A stretch of 63,904 nucleotides of DNA, counting the filler, from Octopus bimaculoides (taxonomy: Eukaryota): the NCBI RefSeq assembly GCF_001194135.2. It is 6 parts of 5 records of this genome, joined end to end, with 100 filler letters (N's around TTAATTAATTAA, not from the genome) between each part and the next. Parts side by side here need not be neighbours in the genome. Positions count along the whole stretch, not along the records: positions 43,849 to 62,778 come from NC_068987.1; 5 more parts are not named here. One strand, 5' to 3'. This document shows positions 50,127 through 62,477 of this stretch, piece after piece. The notes below the pieces were generated by a model, which saw only the letters and a program-made list of their open reading frames with translations, made no database searches and was not told the origin of the DNA. The stretch's first letter is position 1. Each line of letters begins with the position of its first letter. The translations under genes were made by a program, and so were the position numbers.

Positions 50127-51099
50127 ATATATATATATATATATGTATTCCAAAAATAGGTATATGAATATAAATTCAACAGCTCTAAAACAGTAGAATG
50201 TGATTGGAAAAGGATTTGGTTCCCATATCTAGCAAGACGTGCGGCCATTTGTTAATGATGGGAGTATTATAGTAGAATTAGTGCTTCCCAAATGTTCTAG
50301 ATATTTTTATGGGTATATTCAGTCAAGACAGATATTAACATTTTATACATTATTGTTAAGCAGGTTATGGGTCTATAATATTTTGGTTCATTTGTTTCTT
50401 CATTTTTTTGGAAGTAGGAATGTTACATCATTAACTAGCCAAGAGGGAATCATACTAGGTTGCTGCAAAACATTATTGTAAAGTTTTGTTAGCAGTTCAT
50501 GGCTCTCTGGGAAGGTATTCAACCAGAAGTTAGGAATTTTATCCTTTTATTATTATTATTATTATTATTATTGTTATTATTGGACAAACAGCAATAATAA
50601 TATTAAGATCTTATACGAATAGATTAATTTATAGGACTGTAGATAGAAGTAACGTAAGTTGTACACAATCCAAAGTTGTCGGCAACTCAGACCACAAATT
50701 TGTAAACTTTTCAGTCGACTTAGGGCCCATGGGCAAGGCCTCGGATATCGGAAGCTGAAGGTTTCAAGCATTTAGAGACCGCGTCAAGCAGTCAGAGACC
50801 GGATTAGAAAGTTAGACCATCGGAAATTGTCAGGGGCAATCGTCAACAACAAATGATAGTTAACAATTGTCAACAACAAATGGTATGACCCGAGGTGGGA
50901 GACACCATCGAAAACAAGTTCTCAAATGCCTTCCCCAACAGCAGCCATACCACCACCGTCAACAACAACATCATCCCCATTACTACATCACCACTACCAC
51001 TATCACAGACACCACCGTCACAAGCACAACCCAATTCATACACAAATTTCAGATCACACATCTCAACACAAAATTCGCACAAATTTACTTGTGAGGTTT

Positions 51100-51480
51100 G
51101 TTCCAGCTCTTTAAGTTCTGATTTCAAATCCCATCGCGATCAGCATTGCCTTTCTGGGGTCAATAAAATAAAGTACTAATAAAATATTGAGATAAATTTA
51201 ATCATCCAATGCCACCCATCAAAAATTTCGGGATGTTGCTTATACTAGAAATAATTATTATTATTCTTTTCTACTCTAAGCACAAGGCCCGAAATTTTTT
51301 GTGGAGGGAGCCAGCCGATTAGACCGACCCCAGTAAGCAACTGGTACTTAATTTATCGACCCAGAACAGATGAAAAGCAAAGTCGACCTCGGCGGAATTA
51401 GAACTCAGAACGTAAAGACAGACGAAATACCGGTAAGCATTTCGCTCGGCGTGAAACGTTTCTGCCAGCTCACCACCTTA
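51100..51480. mobile_element. Tail-to-tail SINE A pair sharing an (ATT)n tract
   Basis: Decayed plus-strand copy 51100-51255; well-preserved minus-strand copy 51262-51480. Confidence 0.8.
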
Positions 51481-52617
51481 AACAATTATTATTATTATTA
51501 TTATTATTAATGTTGTTGTTGTTGTTGTTGTTGTTATTATTATTATTATCACGTACTTATACTTGAGACTTGTTAGAAAGTGGAACAATTTTTCTTTTTT
51601 TAAATAGCACAGTTCTTGAAAATCATTGTATCTACGGATTAATATGCAGAACTGTATGGACGTTATAAATAAAAAAAAGACTTATAATGCATTATAAGTC
51701 TGCTAAATGCATTATTAAGTCTGTTATAATTGATATGCTGAAAATTTTTGCTTTTAAATCACACAATTAATTGAAGGCGATAATTATCTATCAACAAATA
51801 TGGATTGATGAGCTAGCTTAATTTTTCAGTATTTTTCTAATTGTTGAATAAAACATGCGCGTAGCTCTTGTGATAGCATGGGCTGAGAAACAAGCATCTG
51901 CTGATTGTCCAAGTCCACGTATAGATAAAATCATATATTTTTATCATTTAGTTTCGCTCTAAAGGAAATTTTTAGTTTATCTGTGTAAATATCTGAATAT
52001 AATAAGATGATGACTTGATGATAAACATATGAGTTTCACAACTTTATTGCTTTATAGTATTAATCGAAAGAAATAATAGAAGGGTGCACGTGAGCTGGAA
52101 GTGACCTAGTACATGACTGGTACTTAGCTGGCAGGCCTTGGAAGAAGCAAGAACAAACTTGAACCCAGAAGAACATGGACTTAGAACGAGAACGGATGTT
52201 GCTAAGTACCCCCAAAGTATCGTCAAGTACCCTCATAATTCTGCCAATTCGCCGCTTTCTCGTCTGGTAATATATTAATATCTGAGACAACCACAAGATC
52301 ATACATCTTGTGGAAAGGTTGAGTCAATTAAATCCACTTTTACAACTGGGTTTTTTTTCTTTCTTTTCTCTTCTCTGGCCAACTTAGGTGCAAGTACAGC
52401 TGAGTGGTTACGAAGTTCATTTGCATATTACGTCGTTTTGGGCGTCCATTTCATAATTTCGTATTTTTCACAAGTGTCTTTTAACATAGATTGAGCTTGA
52501 CCGATCGCTTGAGTACGATGAAAACTTTGTGGATTTCCTCGAATGGACTCTACCTATTTCAGAGGTGTAGACGCAGTCTGACGCTCGGTTTAACACTGCT
52601 GCCTACCTAACTCTTGG

Positions 52618-52993
52618 GTGGAAGTGCAATGGCCCAGTGGTTAGGGCAGCGGACTCGCGATCATAGGGTCGCGGTTTCGATTCCCAGACCGGGCGTTGTG
52701 AGTGTTTATTGAGCGAAAACGCCTAAGGCTCCACGAGGCTCCGGCAGGGGATGGTGGCGAACCCTGTTGTACTCTTCCACCACAACTTTCTCTTACTTCC
52801 TGTTTCTGTTGTGCCTGTAATTCAAAGGGTCAGCCTTGTCACACTGTGTCACTCTGAATGTCCCCGAGAACAACGTTAAGGGTATACGTGTCTGTGGAGT
52901 GCTCAGCCACTTGCACGTTAATTTCACGAGCAGGCTGTTCTGTTGATCAGATTAAATGGAACCCTCGACGGAGTGACAACAACAACAACAACA
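52618..52993 (+). mobile_element. SINE family C, full length with 13-bp TSD and (CAA)n tail
   Basis: TSD ACCTAACTCTTGG at 52605-52617 and 52994-53006; A-box TGGCCCAGTGG; B-box-like GGTTTCGATTCC. Confidence 0.9.
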
Positions 52994-53231
52994 ACCTAAC
53001 TCTTGGATTCTTTTAGCAGAGTTAATTCTGCTAAAGTTAATTTGTCTCTTCTCAACAATCTCGGACGTCATTCAAGACCATTAGGCTCTTCTGATTAAGG
53101 TATAAGAAGAAACATCGACAATAATTTCTGGATAGAGCAATAGGTTGAACTTCTTGCCTCAGTTATCCTTTCTTTAGCTCTATCGAAGAACGGAAATGAC
53201 CGCTTTGATTTCTTTTGTAATACTTAATTTG

Positions 53232-53460
53232 AAGATGGCGGCGAACTGGCAGAATCGTCAGCACGCCAGATTAAATGCTTTGCGGTTTTCCGTTTGTTCT
53301 TCATTCCGAGTTGAAATTCTGCCTGGGTCGTTTTTGCCTTTCATCATTGCGGGGTCGATTAAACAAGTACCACTTAAACACTGGGGCTGATGTAATCGAC
53401 TTACCCACTTCTACGAACTTGCTGGCCTTGTGCCAAATTTTGAAGCCAATACTTGATTTG
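53232..53460 (+). mobile_element. SINE family A
   Basis: Head GGCGGCGAACTGGCAGAATCG, core, tail GGCCTTGTGCCAAATTTTGAAGCCAATA. Confidence 0.8.
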
Positions 53461-53761
53461 AAGAAACATCAATTCCACCCCCAACCCCATGTCTCAATAT
53501 TACAAACAACGATCTTGCCAATCTGGGAGAGAACGTGAAAAGATTAGAAATTACTAACCTTTCTGCTTTCTTATTCAATAAAAAAAATGTATCCTGACGG
53601 AAATGGTAGTAAAAATATACGAAATGGAACTGCATGAAATTAAACAAGGGAAAATAATTTCGTAATCGAACTTAAACGCTGTTATTGGGAATTTATAACA
53701 CATAATAGTCTTAGTACTTGTGTTATTTAGCGTCAATGTTACCATTTATTTAAACAGATTC

Positions 53762-53920
53762 ATAAGCGCAGGCATGGCTGTGTAGCATTGAGTTTGCTTT
53801 CCAACTATATGGTTCGAGTTCACCTTGGACAAGTATCTTCTACGATAGCCTCGGGCCGACCAAAGCCTTGTGAGTTGGATTTGGAAAACGGAAACTGAAG
53901 GAAACCCGTCGTATATATAT

Positions 53921-53951
<31 letters not shown>

Positions 53952-55085
53952 NNNNNNNNNNNNNNNNNNNNNNNNNNNNNNNNNNNNNNNNNNNNNNNNN
54001 NNNNNNNNNNNNNNNNNNNNNNNNNNNNNNNNNNNNNNNNNNNNNNNNNNNNNNNNNNNNNNNNNNNNNNNNNNNNNNNNNNNNNNNNNNNNNNNNNNNN
54101 NNNNNNNNNNNNNNNNNNNNNNNNNNNNNNNNNNNNNNNNNNNNNNNNNNNNNNNNNNNNNNNNNNNNNNNNNNNNNNNNNNNNNNNNNNNNNNNNNNNN
54201 NNNNNNNNNNNNNNNNNNNNNNNNNNNNNNNNNNNNNNNNNNNNNNNNNNNNNNNNNNNNNNNNNNNNNNNNNNNNNNNNNNNNNNNNNNNNNNNNNNNN
54301 NNNNNNNNNNNNNNNNNNNNNNNNNNNNNNNNNNNNNNNNNNNNNNNNNNNNNNNNNNNNNNNNNNNNNNNNNNNNNNNNNNNNNNNNNNNNNNNNNNNN
54401 NNNNNNNNNNNNNNNNNNNNNNNNNNNNNNNNNNNNNNNNNNNNNNNNNNNNNNNNNNNNNNNNNNNNNNNNNNNNNNNNNNNNNNNNNNNNNNNNNNNN
54501 NNNNNNNNNNNNNNNNNNNNNNNNNNNNNNNNNNNNNNNNNNNNNNNNNNNNNNNNNNNNNNNNNNNNNNNNNNNNNNNNNNNNNNNNNNNNNNNNNNNN
54601 NNNNNNNNNNNNNNNNNNNNNNNNNNNNNNNNNNNNNNNNNNNNNNNNNNNNNNNNNNNNNNNNNNNNNNNNNNNNNNNNNNNNNNNNNNNNNNNNNNNN
54701 NNNNNNNNNNNNNNNNNNNNNNNNNNNNNNNNNNNNNNNNNNNNNNNNNNNNNNNNNNNNNNNNNNNNNNNNNNNNNNNNNNNNNNNNNNNNNNNNNNNN
54801 NNNNNNNNNNNNNNNNNNNNNNNNNNNNNNNNNNNNNNNNNNNNNNNNNNNNNNNNNNNNNNNNNNNNNNNNNNNNNNNNNNNNNNNNNNNNNNNNNNNN
54901 NNNNTGTCTCTCATCACTGCTTGACAGCCGGTGTGGGTTTGTTTATGTCCTCGTAACCATAACGGTTCGGCTAAAAGAGTCCGATAGAATAAGTACCAGG
55001 CTTAAAATAATAAGTACTGGGGTTGATTCACTCAACTAAAAGTGCTTCAACACGGTGTCCCAGCATGGCCGCAGTCCAATGACTG
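53762..55085 (+). mobile_element. SINE family B halves flanking a gap
   Basis: 5' half 53762-53950 ends in (TA)n; 3' half 54905-55085; may be one or two copies. Confidence 0.7.
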
Positions 55086-55115
55086 AGATTTAAAAAAAAA
55101 AAAGAGGGTTAAGGT

Positions 55116-55392
55116 GGAGGCGCAATGGCCCAGTGGTTAGGGCAGCGGACTCGCGGTCGGAGGATCGCGGTTTCGACTCGCAGACCGGGCGTTGTATGTG
55201 TTTATTGAGCGAAAATGCCTAAAGCACCACGAGGCGCCGGCAGGGGGTGGTGGCGACCTCTGTTGTACTCTTTCGCCCCAACTCTTTCTCACTCTTTCTT
55301 CCTCTTTCTTGATAAAGAGCTGCGATGGACTGGCGTCCCGTCCAGCTAGTAGGGAACACATACGCCATGGAAACTGGGAATCCGGCCCTATG
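55116..55392 (+). mobile_element. SINE family C head and body with an alternative tail
   Basis: Matches 52618 to about 52795, then CTGCGATGGACTGGCGTCCCGTCCAG...GGAAACTGGGAATCCGGCCCTATG. Confidence 0.8.
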
Positions 55393-55414
55393 CCCCACAA
55401 GGGGCTAAAAGGTA

Positions 55415-55583
55415 TTCCAGTGTATGGTTAAGCAGGTCGCTTCACAAACACATGGTTCTAGGCTCAGTCCCCCAGCATAGCCCATTGGACAAGTGACTCC
55501 TGTTATAACCCTGAACCGGCCAATGCTTTGTGTGAGAATTTGGAGGACGGAAACTGTGTGGAAACCCGTCGTATATATATATG

Positions 55584-55626
<43 letters not shown>

Positions 55627-55859
55627 CTTTATGTCGGTGGTGGGGGACAAACACCGGCACGAAGACACACACGCTTGACAACCAGTGTTGGTGTGTTTAC
55701 ATCCTTTAAATTAGAAGTTCGGCAAAAGATACTGATAGAATAAGTAGCAGGCTTGCAAAAAAAAAAAATAATAAGTACTGGGGTCGATATGTTCGACTAA
55801 AGCCCTTGAAGGTGGTGCTCCAGCATGGCCGTAGTTAAATGACTGAAACAAGTAAAAGA
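55415..55859 (+). mobile_element. SINE family B
   Basis: Decayed head, internal microsatellite, tail AAATGACTGAAACAAGTAAAAGA. Confidence 0.8.
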
Positions 55860-56550
55860 NNNNNNNNNNNNNNNNNNNNNNNNNNNNNNNNNNNNNNNNN
55901 NNNNNNNNNNNNNNNNNNNNNNNNNNNNNNNNNNNNNNNNNNNNNNNNNNNNNNNNNNNNNNNNNNNNNNNNNNNNNNNNNNNNNNNNNNNNNNNNNNNN
56001 NNNNNNNNNNNNNNNNNNNNNNNNNNNNNNNNNNNNNNNNNNNNNNNNNNNNNNNNNNNNNNNNNNNNNNNNNNNNNNNNNNNNNNNNNNNNNNNNNNNN
56101 NNNNNNNNNNNNNNNNNNNNNNNNNNNNNNNNNNNNNNNNNNNNNNNNNNNNNNNNNNNNNNNNNNNNNNNNNNNNNNNNNNNNNNNNNNNNNNNNNNNN
56201 NNNNNNNNNNNNNNNNNNNNNNNNNNNNNNNNNNNNNNNNNNNNNNNNNNNNNNNNNNNNNNNNNNNNNNNNNNNNNNNNNNNNNNNNNNNNNNNNNNNN
56301 NNNNNNNNNNNNNNNNNNNNNNNNNNNNNNNNNNNNNNNNNNNNNNNNNNNNNNNNNNNNNNNNNNNNNNNNNNNNNNNNNNNNNNNNNNNNNNNNNNNN
56401 NNNNNNNNNNNNNNNNNNNNNNNNNNNNNNNNNNNNNNNNNNNNNNNNNNNNNNNNNNNNNNNNNNNNNNNNNNNNNNNNNNNNNNNNNNNNNNNNNNNN
56501 NNNNNNNNNNNNNNNNNNNNNNNNNNNNNNNNNNNNNNNNNNNNNNNNNN

Positions 56551-56965
56551 TTTGCCGAACCGCTAGGTTACGAGGACGTAAACGCACCAGCATCGGTTGT
56601 CAAGCGATGTTGGGGTACAAACACAGACACGCAAACATATACACACACATACATATATATATACATATATACGACGGGCTTCTTTCAGTTTCCGTCTACC
56701 AAATCCACTCACAAGGCTTTGGTCGGCGCGAGGCTATAGTAGAAGACACTTGCCCAAAGTATCACGCAGTGGGACTGAACCCGGAACCATGTGGTTGGTA
56801 AGCCAGCTACTTACCACGCAGCCACTCCTGCGCCGGTTTGTTCACGTAACTTAGCAGTTTGGCAAAGAGACTGATAGAATAATTACTGGCGTCGATTTGC
56901 TCGATTAATCCCTTCAAGGCGATGCCCCAGCATGACCGCAGTCCAATGACTGAGATAAGTAAAGC
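56551..56965. mobile_element. SINE B (minus, 56551-56832) abutting a headless SINE B 3' half (plus)
   Basis: Direct match to family B segments in both orientations. Confidence 0.8.
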
Positions 56966-57131
56966 TAAAGGACACTGAGACAGCGAGTCTCCGGATAAAG
57001 TGGGATTAATTTGACATGCTTTCGTTTGATAAACAGATTCGGCCAGTGGTTGTCAGACTGATCCTACAAATATTTCTGTGTGCGTGCGTGCGTGCGTGCG
57101 TGCGTACGTGTGTGTGTGAGCATGCGCGCGC

Positions 57132-57172
<41 letters not shown>

Positions 57173-58343
57173 TGCGTGCGATTTATCATCTGTACTTAGG
57201 TGAGGGACAACTTGATGCTCCAACAATAAAAATATAAATAGATAAAATAACGAAAATGTATAACACTCNNNNNNNNNNNNNNNNNNNNNNNNNNNNNNNN
57301 NNNNNNNNNNNNNNNNNNNNNNNNNNNNNNNNNNNNNNNNNNNNNNNNNNNNNNNNNNNNNNNNNNNNNNNNNNNNNNNNNNNNNNNNNNNNNNNNNNNN
57401 NNNNNNNNNNNNNNNNNNNNNNNNNNNNNNNNNNNNNNNNNNNNNNNNNNNNNNNNNNNNNNNNNNNNNNNNNNNNNNNNNNNNNNNNNNNNNNNNNNNN
57501 NNNNNNNNNNNNNNNNNNNNNNNNNNNNNNNNNNNNNNNNNNNNNNNNNNNNNNNNNNNNNNNNNNNNNNNNNNNNNNNNNNNNNNNNNNNNNNNNNNNN
57601 NNNNNNNNNNNNNNNNNNNNNNNNNNNNNNNNNNNNNNNNNNNNNNNNNNNNNNNNNNNNNNNNNNNNNNNNNNNNNNNNNNNNNNNNNNNNNNNNNNNN
57701 NNNNNNNNNNNNNNNNNNNNNNNNNNNNNNNNNNNNNNNNNNNNNNNNNNNNNNNNNNNNNNNNNNNNNNNNNNNNNNNNNNNNNNNNNNNNNNNNNNNN
57801 NNNNNNNNNNNNNNNNNNNNNNNNNNNNNNNNNNNNNNNNNNNNNNNNNNNNNNNNNNNNNNNNNNNNNNNNNNNNNNNNNNNNNNNNNNNNNNNNNNNN
57901 NNNNNNNNNNNNNNNNNNNNNNNNNNNNNNNNNNNNNNNNNNNNNNNNNNNNNNNNNNNNNNNNNNNNNNNNNNNNNNNNNNNNNNNNNNNNNNNNNNNN
58001 NNNNNNNNNNNNNNNNNNNNNNNNNNNNNNNNNNNNNNNNNNNNNNNNNNNNNNNNNNNNNTGTGTGTGTGTGTGTGTGTGTGTGTGTGAGTGTGTTGTT
58101 AGGTGGCTGGGGTAAACGCGTCCATGCAAAGGTGTATAAGCACGTGTGTGTGAGTGCGTGCGTCCATGCATCCCTCTCTATGTGTGTGCGTCTGTGTGTG
58201 AGTGTGTAAGTGTATGTGCGTGCATGCGAACGTGAATGTGTGTGTGAGCATCTGTGTGTGTGAATGTGTGCGTGTTGTGTTTGACTACTTGTATCAAGGA
58301 AGTGCAGTGAAATGGAATGTACGAGATGTGCGTAGTTATTTCT

Positions 58344-58576
58344 TATTTCTTTATTGCCCACAAGGGGCTAAACATAGAGGGGACAAACAAGGACAGACAA
58401 AGGGATTAAGTCGATTACATCAACCCCAGTGCGTAACTGGTACTTAATTTATCGACTCTGAAAGGATGAAAGGCAAAGTTGAGCTCGGCGGAATTTGAAC
58501 TCAGAACGTAACAGCAGATGAAATACCGCTACGCATTTCGCCCGGCGTGCTAACGTTTCTGCCAGCTCGCTGCCTT
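58344..58576 (-). mobile_element. SINE family A, Tx1-tailed subfamily, with perfect 12-bp TSD
   Basis: TSD GTAGTTATTTCT at 58332-58343 and 58577-58588; same tail as 8581-8813. Confidence 0.9.
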
Positions 58577-58619
58577 GTAGTTATTTCTGCGCATGTGTGG
58601 GCGTGAGGAAAACCATGGA

Positions 58620-59050
58620 GGGTAGGAAAAGTCTTTCCTCAGGGATGCTGCTCTGAAACGAAGAGTAATGAGCTGAAGAAAAGTTCGAGAAGCTGAAAAT
58701 ACAATATAAGATAAGAATTTCTAAAAAGAGGGAAACGGCAAAATTCAAGGGATGCCAAAATAGGATTAAAAGAGTTCAAGCAAAAGATGGACATAAGACT
58801 AATGAATTACAGGTACTACTGGAATAATGAAGGATGGCTTGCAACGGTGAGAATGGAAGGCAGAAAAAAGAGCAGAGAACGGCAATCTTGGAATTCGGGA
58901 CATCAGTCACGAATGGCCTTGGGATTGCACCTAAAAGGTTACCCTCCAAGGCACAAGTCCGAGGAAGGTTGTTTGTGGAATACCAACAGTCACCCATGTA
59001 TACCAGCCTCCTCTCTCCGTGCCATTGATGTTATCCAAGGGAAAGGCAAA
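58620..59050 (+). mobile_element. Decayed RTE-like LINE 3' end
   Basis: EGRKKSRERQSW (compare RTE EGRRxRGRPRxxW) followed by a 3'-UTR-like GATGTTATCCAAGGGAAAGGC. Confidence 0.45.
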
Positions 59051-59220
59051 CGCCAATGCAGCTTGGCATCAGTGGCGTTGCAAACTCATTTCTACAGCTG
59101 AGTGAACTGGGGCAACGTGAAATAAAGTGTCTTGCTCAAGAGCACATCACAGTCCGGTTCGGGAAGCGGACTCACTATCTCAAAATTGTAAGCCCGACGC
59201 TCTAACCACTGAGGTAAGTG

Positions 59221-59225
<5 letters not shown>
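59050..59225 (-). mobile_element. CORE-type SINE
   Basis: CAGCTGAGTGAACTGGGGCAACGTGAAATAAAGTGTCTTGCTCAAGAGCAC; head ...CTCTAACCACTGAG. Confidence 0.7.
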
Positions 59226-59273
<48 letters not shown>

Positions 59274-59702
59274 GCATTTATATATATATATATAATGATA
59301 TGTAATCGTAAGATCCAAGGATCTAAGTGTAGGAAGTTAGTAAGCTTCGAGCAGTCGGTGATCGGCATAAAAAGCAACTTTCAGGAACAACAATGATTTA
59401 AAGATTTTAACTTGTATGTTATTTAATATATCTTTACTCGTTTTTCTTGTTCAAACATATTCCACAAAGCACCCTGAGTTATTTCCCTCCGCTCATATTT
59501 GTTTCATTCATTCATTCAAACATACATATATACATATATACATACATGCATGCATATATACATGTATACATACATACATACACACACATACATACATACA
59601 TAATACATACATATATGCATATATATATATATATATACATATATGCATGCATGTATATATGTGTGTGTGCGTGCGTGCGTGTGTGTGTGTATGAATATAT
59701 AT

Positions 59703-59880
59703 GTACGAGGGTGTGCTGAAAAATTCCTGGCTTTGGGTAAAAGAAAAATGCAGGAGGATCTTTTAATTAGGATTTTATTCAACTGATCCTCCTCTCAGAT
59801 TCACACACTCATTGCAGCGGTCCTTCAGTTTTTCTACACTGTGTAAAAGAACTCGGAAAGTTGGGCTTCCAGCCAGGTCT
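59703..59880 (-). mobile_element. Mariner 3'-terminal fragment
   Basis: TACGAGGGTGTGCTGAAAA TIR-type end next to a decayed C-terminal GDxVE-like coding tail. Confidence 0.55.
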
Positions 59881-60012
59881 TTCGGAGAGAGAGAGAGAGA
59901 AGTAAAGAGAGAGACGGAGAAAGAAGGAGGGAGAGAGATGGAGGAGGTGAGACAGAGAGGAGAAGGAGAGAGAGAAGGAGAGAGAGAAGGAGAGAGAGAA
60001 AGTCTTATTTTG

Positions 60013-60156
60013 CTTGCTTACCAACCACATGGTTCCGGGTTCAGTCCCACTACGTGGCATCTTGGGCAAGTGTCTTCTACTATAGCCTCGGGCCGACCAA
60101 AGCTTTGTGAGTGGATTTGGTAGACGGAAACTGAAAGAAGCCCGTCGTATATATGC

Positions 60157-60203
<47 letters not shown>

Positions 60204-60430
60204 TGTGTGTGTGTTTGTGTGTCTGTGTTTGTCCCCCTAACATTGCTTGACAACTGATGCTGGTGTGCTTATGTCCCCGTCACTTAGCGGTTCGGCAAAT
60301 AGACCGATAGAATAAGTACTAGGCTTACAAAGAATAAGTCCCGGGGTCGATTTTCTCGACTAAAGGCGGTGCTCCAGCATGGCCGCAGTCAAATGACTGA
60401 AACAAGTAAAAGAGTAAAAAAAAATAAAGA
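60013..60430 (+). mobile_element. SINE family B
   Basis: Young-looking copy with full body and (AAAAGAGT) tail. Confidence 0.9.
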
Positions 60431-60949
60431 GTAACCAAAAGTCGAACGTTTCCAACCAAATATTTACGTGCTATTCTTTATAGCTGTATAGCTGTATGTG
60501 ATGTGCTTCGAGAACCATTATTCCACCCTACACACACACACATACAATAAAAAAAATCGTATATTAACAAATCAACACGGTATTAACACTGTTATGTTGC
60601 TAACATCTGTAAACTGGATCTGACGAAAACCATGCACCAGTAATGACACATTGCGAAGCTGTTGCTTTAACTGCTATAGTTGCTTCGTTACTTTCCCAAA
60701 TGGGTGAAAGCCATTTATTCTACATTAAACCGTCCATTTAATCCAGTTAATGGTGTTATGTGTAATATCGCACTGCAGAGTGTGAAAGCTGTTTATATCG
60801 TTCAAGGTAATGTTAATATTTTGGGATGAGTTTACCCTGTCTCATCAGTTTTCTTTCATAAGTAGTGGAAGGAATCGTATGGAAACTTTGGATCCATGGT
60901 TTAAACACATCTCATTCGGAAAAACAGTCGTATTGTTTAGTAAGACTTT

Positions 60950-61344
60950 GAAAGCGCGGTGTGGCTGAGTGGTTGAGAAGCTTGCTTGCCAATCACGTTG
61001 TCTTGGGTTCAGTCCCTCTGCGCGACGCCTTCCGTAGATGTCTTCTATAGCCCTGAATCAACCAGAGGCTTCTGAGTGAATTTGATAGACGGGAACTGAA
61101 ACTTGTGTGTGTAGGCGGGTGAGTGTTTTTCCTCCACCACCACTAGACAAACGGTGACAGAAACACACCACTGGTTTAGTGTGTTTACGTCCTCGTAACT
61201 TAGCGGTTCGGCAAAAGACCGCTAGAATAAGTACCAGGCTTAAAAAATAGTACTGGAGTCGATTCATTCAAGTAAAATTTCTCCACGGTGGTGCCCCAGC
61301 ATGGTCACAGTCTAATGGCTGAAACAAGTAAAAGAGAAAAGATA

Positions 61345-61375
<31 letters not shown>

Positions 61376-61870
61376 TTACTAGGCAACACCGNNNNNNNNN
61401 NNNNNNNNNNNNNNNNNNNNNNNNNNNNNNNNNNNNNNNNNNNNNNNNNNNNNNNNNNNNNNNNNNNNNNNNNNNNNNNNNNNNNNNNNNNNNNNNNNNN
61501 NNNNNNNNNNNNNNNNNNNNNNNNNNNNNNNNNNNNNNNNNNNNNNNNNNNNNNNNNNNNNNNNNNNNNNNNNNNNNNNNNNNNNNNNNNNNNNNNNNNN
61601 NNNNNNNNNNNNNNNNNNNNNNNNNNNNNNNNNNNNNNNNNNNNNNNNNNNNNNNNNNNNNNNNNNNNNNNNNNNNNNNNNNNNNNNNNNNNNNNNNNNN
61701 NNNAGTGTGTTTACGTCCTCGTAACTTAGCGGTTCGGCAAAAGACCGCTAGAATAAGTACCAGGCTCGAAGAAATATGCTGTGACGTCGATTTGGTCGAC
61801 TAAAGCCTTCAATGCGGCGTCCTAGCATGGCCGGAGTCTAATGACTGAAACTAGTAAAATATAAAAGATA
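60950..61870 (+). mobile_element. Two further SINE B copies (60950-61340; 3' half 61705-61870)
   Basis: Family B head, body and tail motifs. Confidence 0.8.
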
Positions 61871-62477
61871 AATGTTGGGCGTAATTAAACATAGCAGCAG
61901 AGCAAAAACTATCGACGTTTATTTCAATAATTCATCATCGGAGGAACATGTCAAGAAGCTTGGAGTGACAGAAAACATGCGATTCAAATCATATCCAGAA
62001 GATTCAGAGAAGCAAAAAACAGCGAATTTAATTCAACAATTTTATACTTGATGAAGAAAATGGCACTGAACCCGAAGAAGCGAAAGGATAAATTTAAATA
62101 CCAACAAAAATATGTCGTTGACGACATATTGGATCTCTTTTCATTAATTTTTAATAAAGATGTCATCAAAGAATACATTGCTGTTGAATATGAACATTCT
62201 TCTAAAATGGCGATTTTAGCTATTAAAAAAAAATGTCGATGCTGATTTAATCAATGGAGAGATGTTAAGCCATTTTTTCTTTTTTTTTTCCATGAAACCT
62301 AATCCGGTGAATTAGCAAAGTCGACAGATCGTCGGAAATGATGCCGCATGATATTTGTTCAGACATTCTGCACTTTGACTTCAACTCTTGCTAAGGTTTA
62401 CTTTACTTTTCCAGGTCGATAAAAAGAAGGACAACTACAGGGCGGTGGACTGGCCGAGCTGTTAGAGAGTTGGACAA

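Noticed and set aside
50714-50830. Possible exon after TTTTCAG
   Set aside because: All three + frames hit stops before a convincing donor; minus-strand frames lack good splice signals.
56551-56965. Second possible twin-priming SINE inversion
   Set aside because: Overlapping segments differ at many positions and the left end is in a gap; more likely two independent SINE B insertions.
62048-62245. piggyBac- or hAT-like peptide (DILDLFSLIFNKDVIKEYI)
   Set aside because: Resemblance too short and ambiguous to assign without a profile search.
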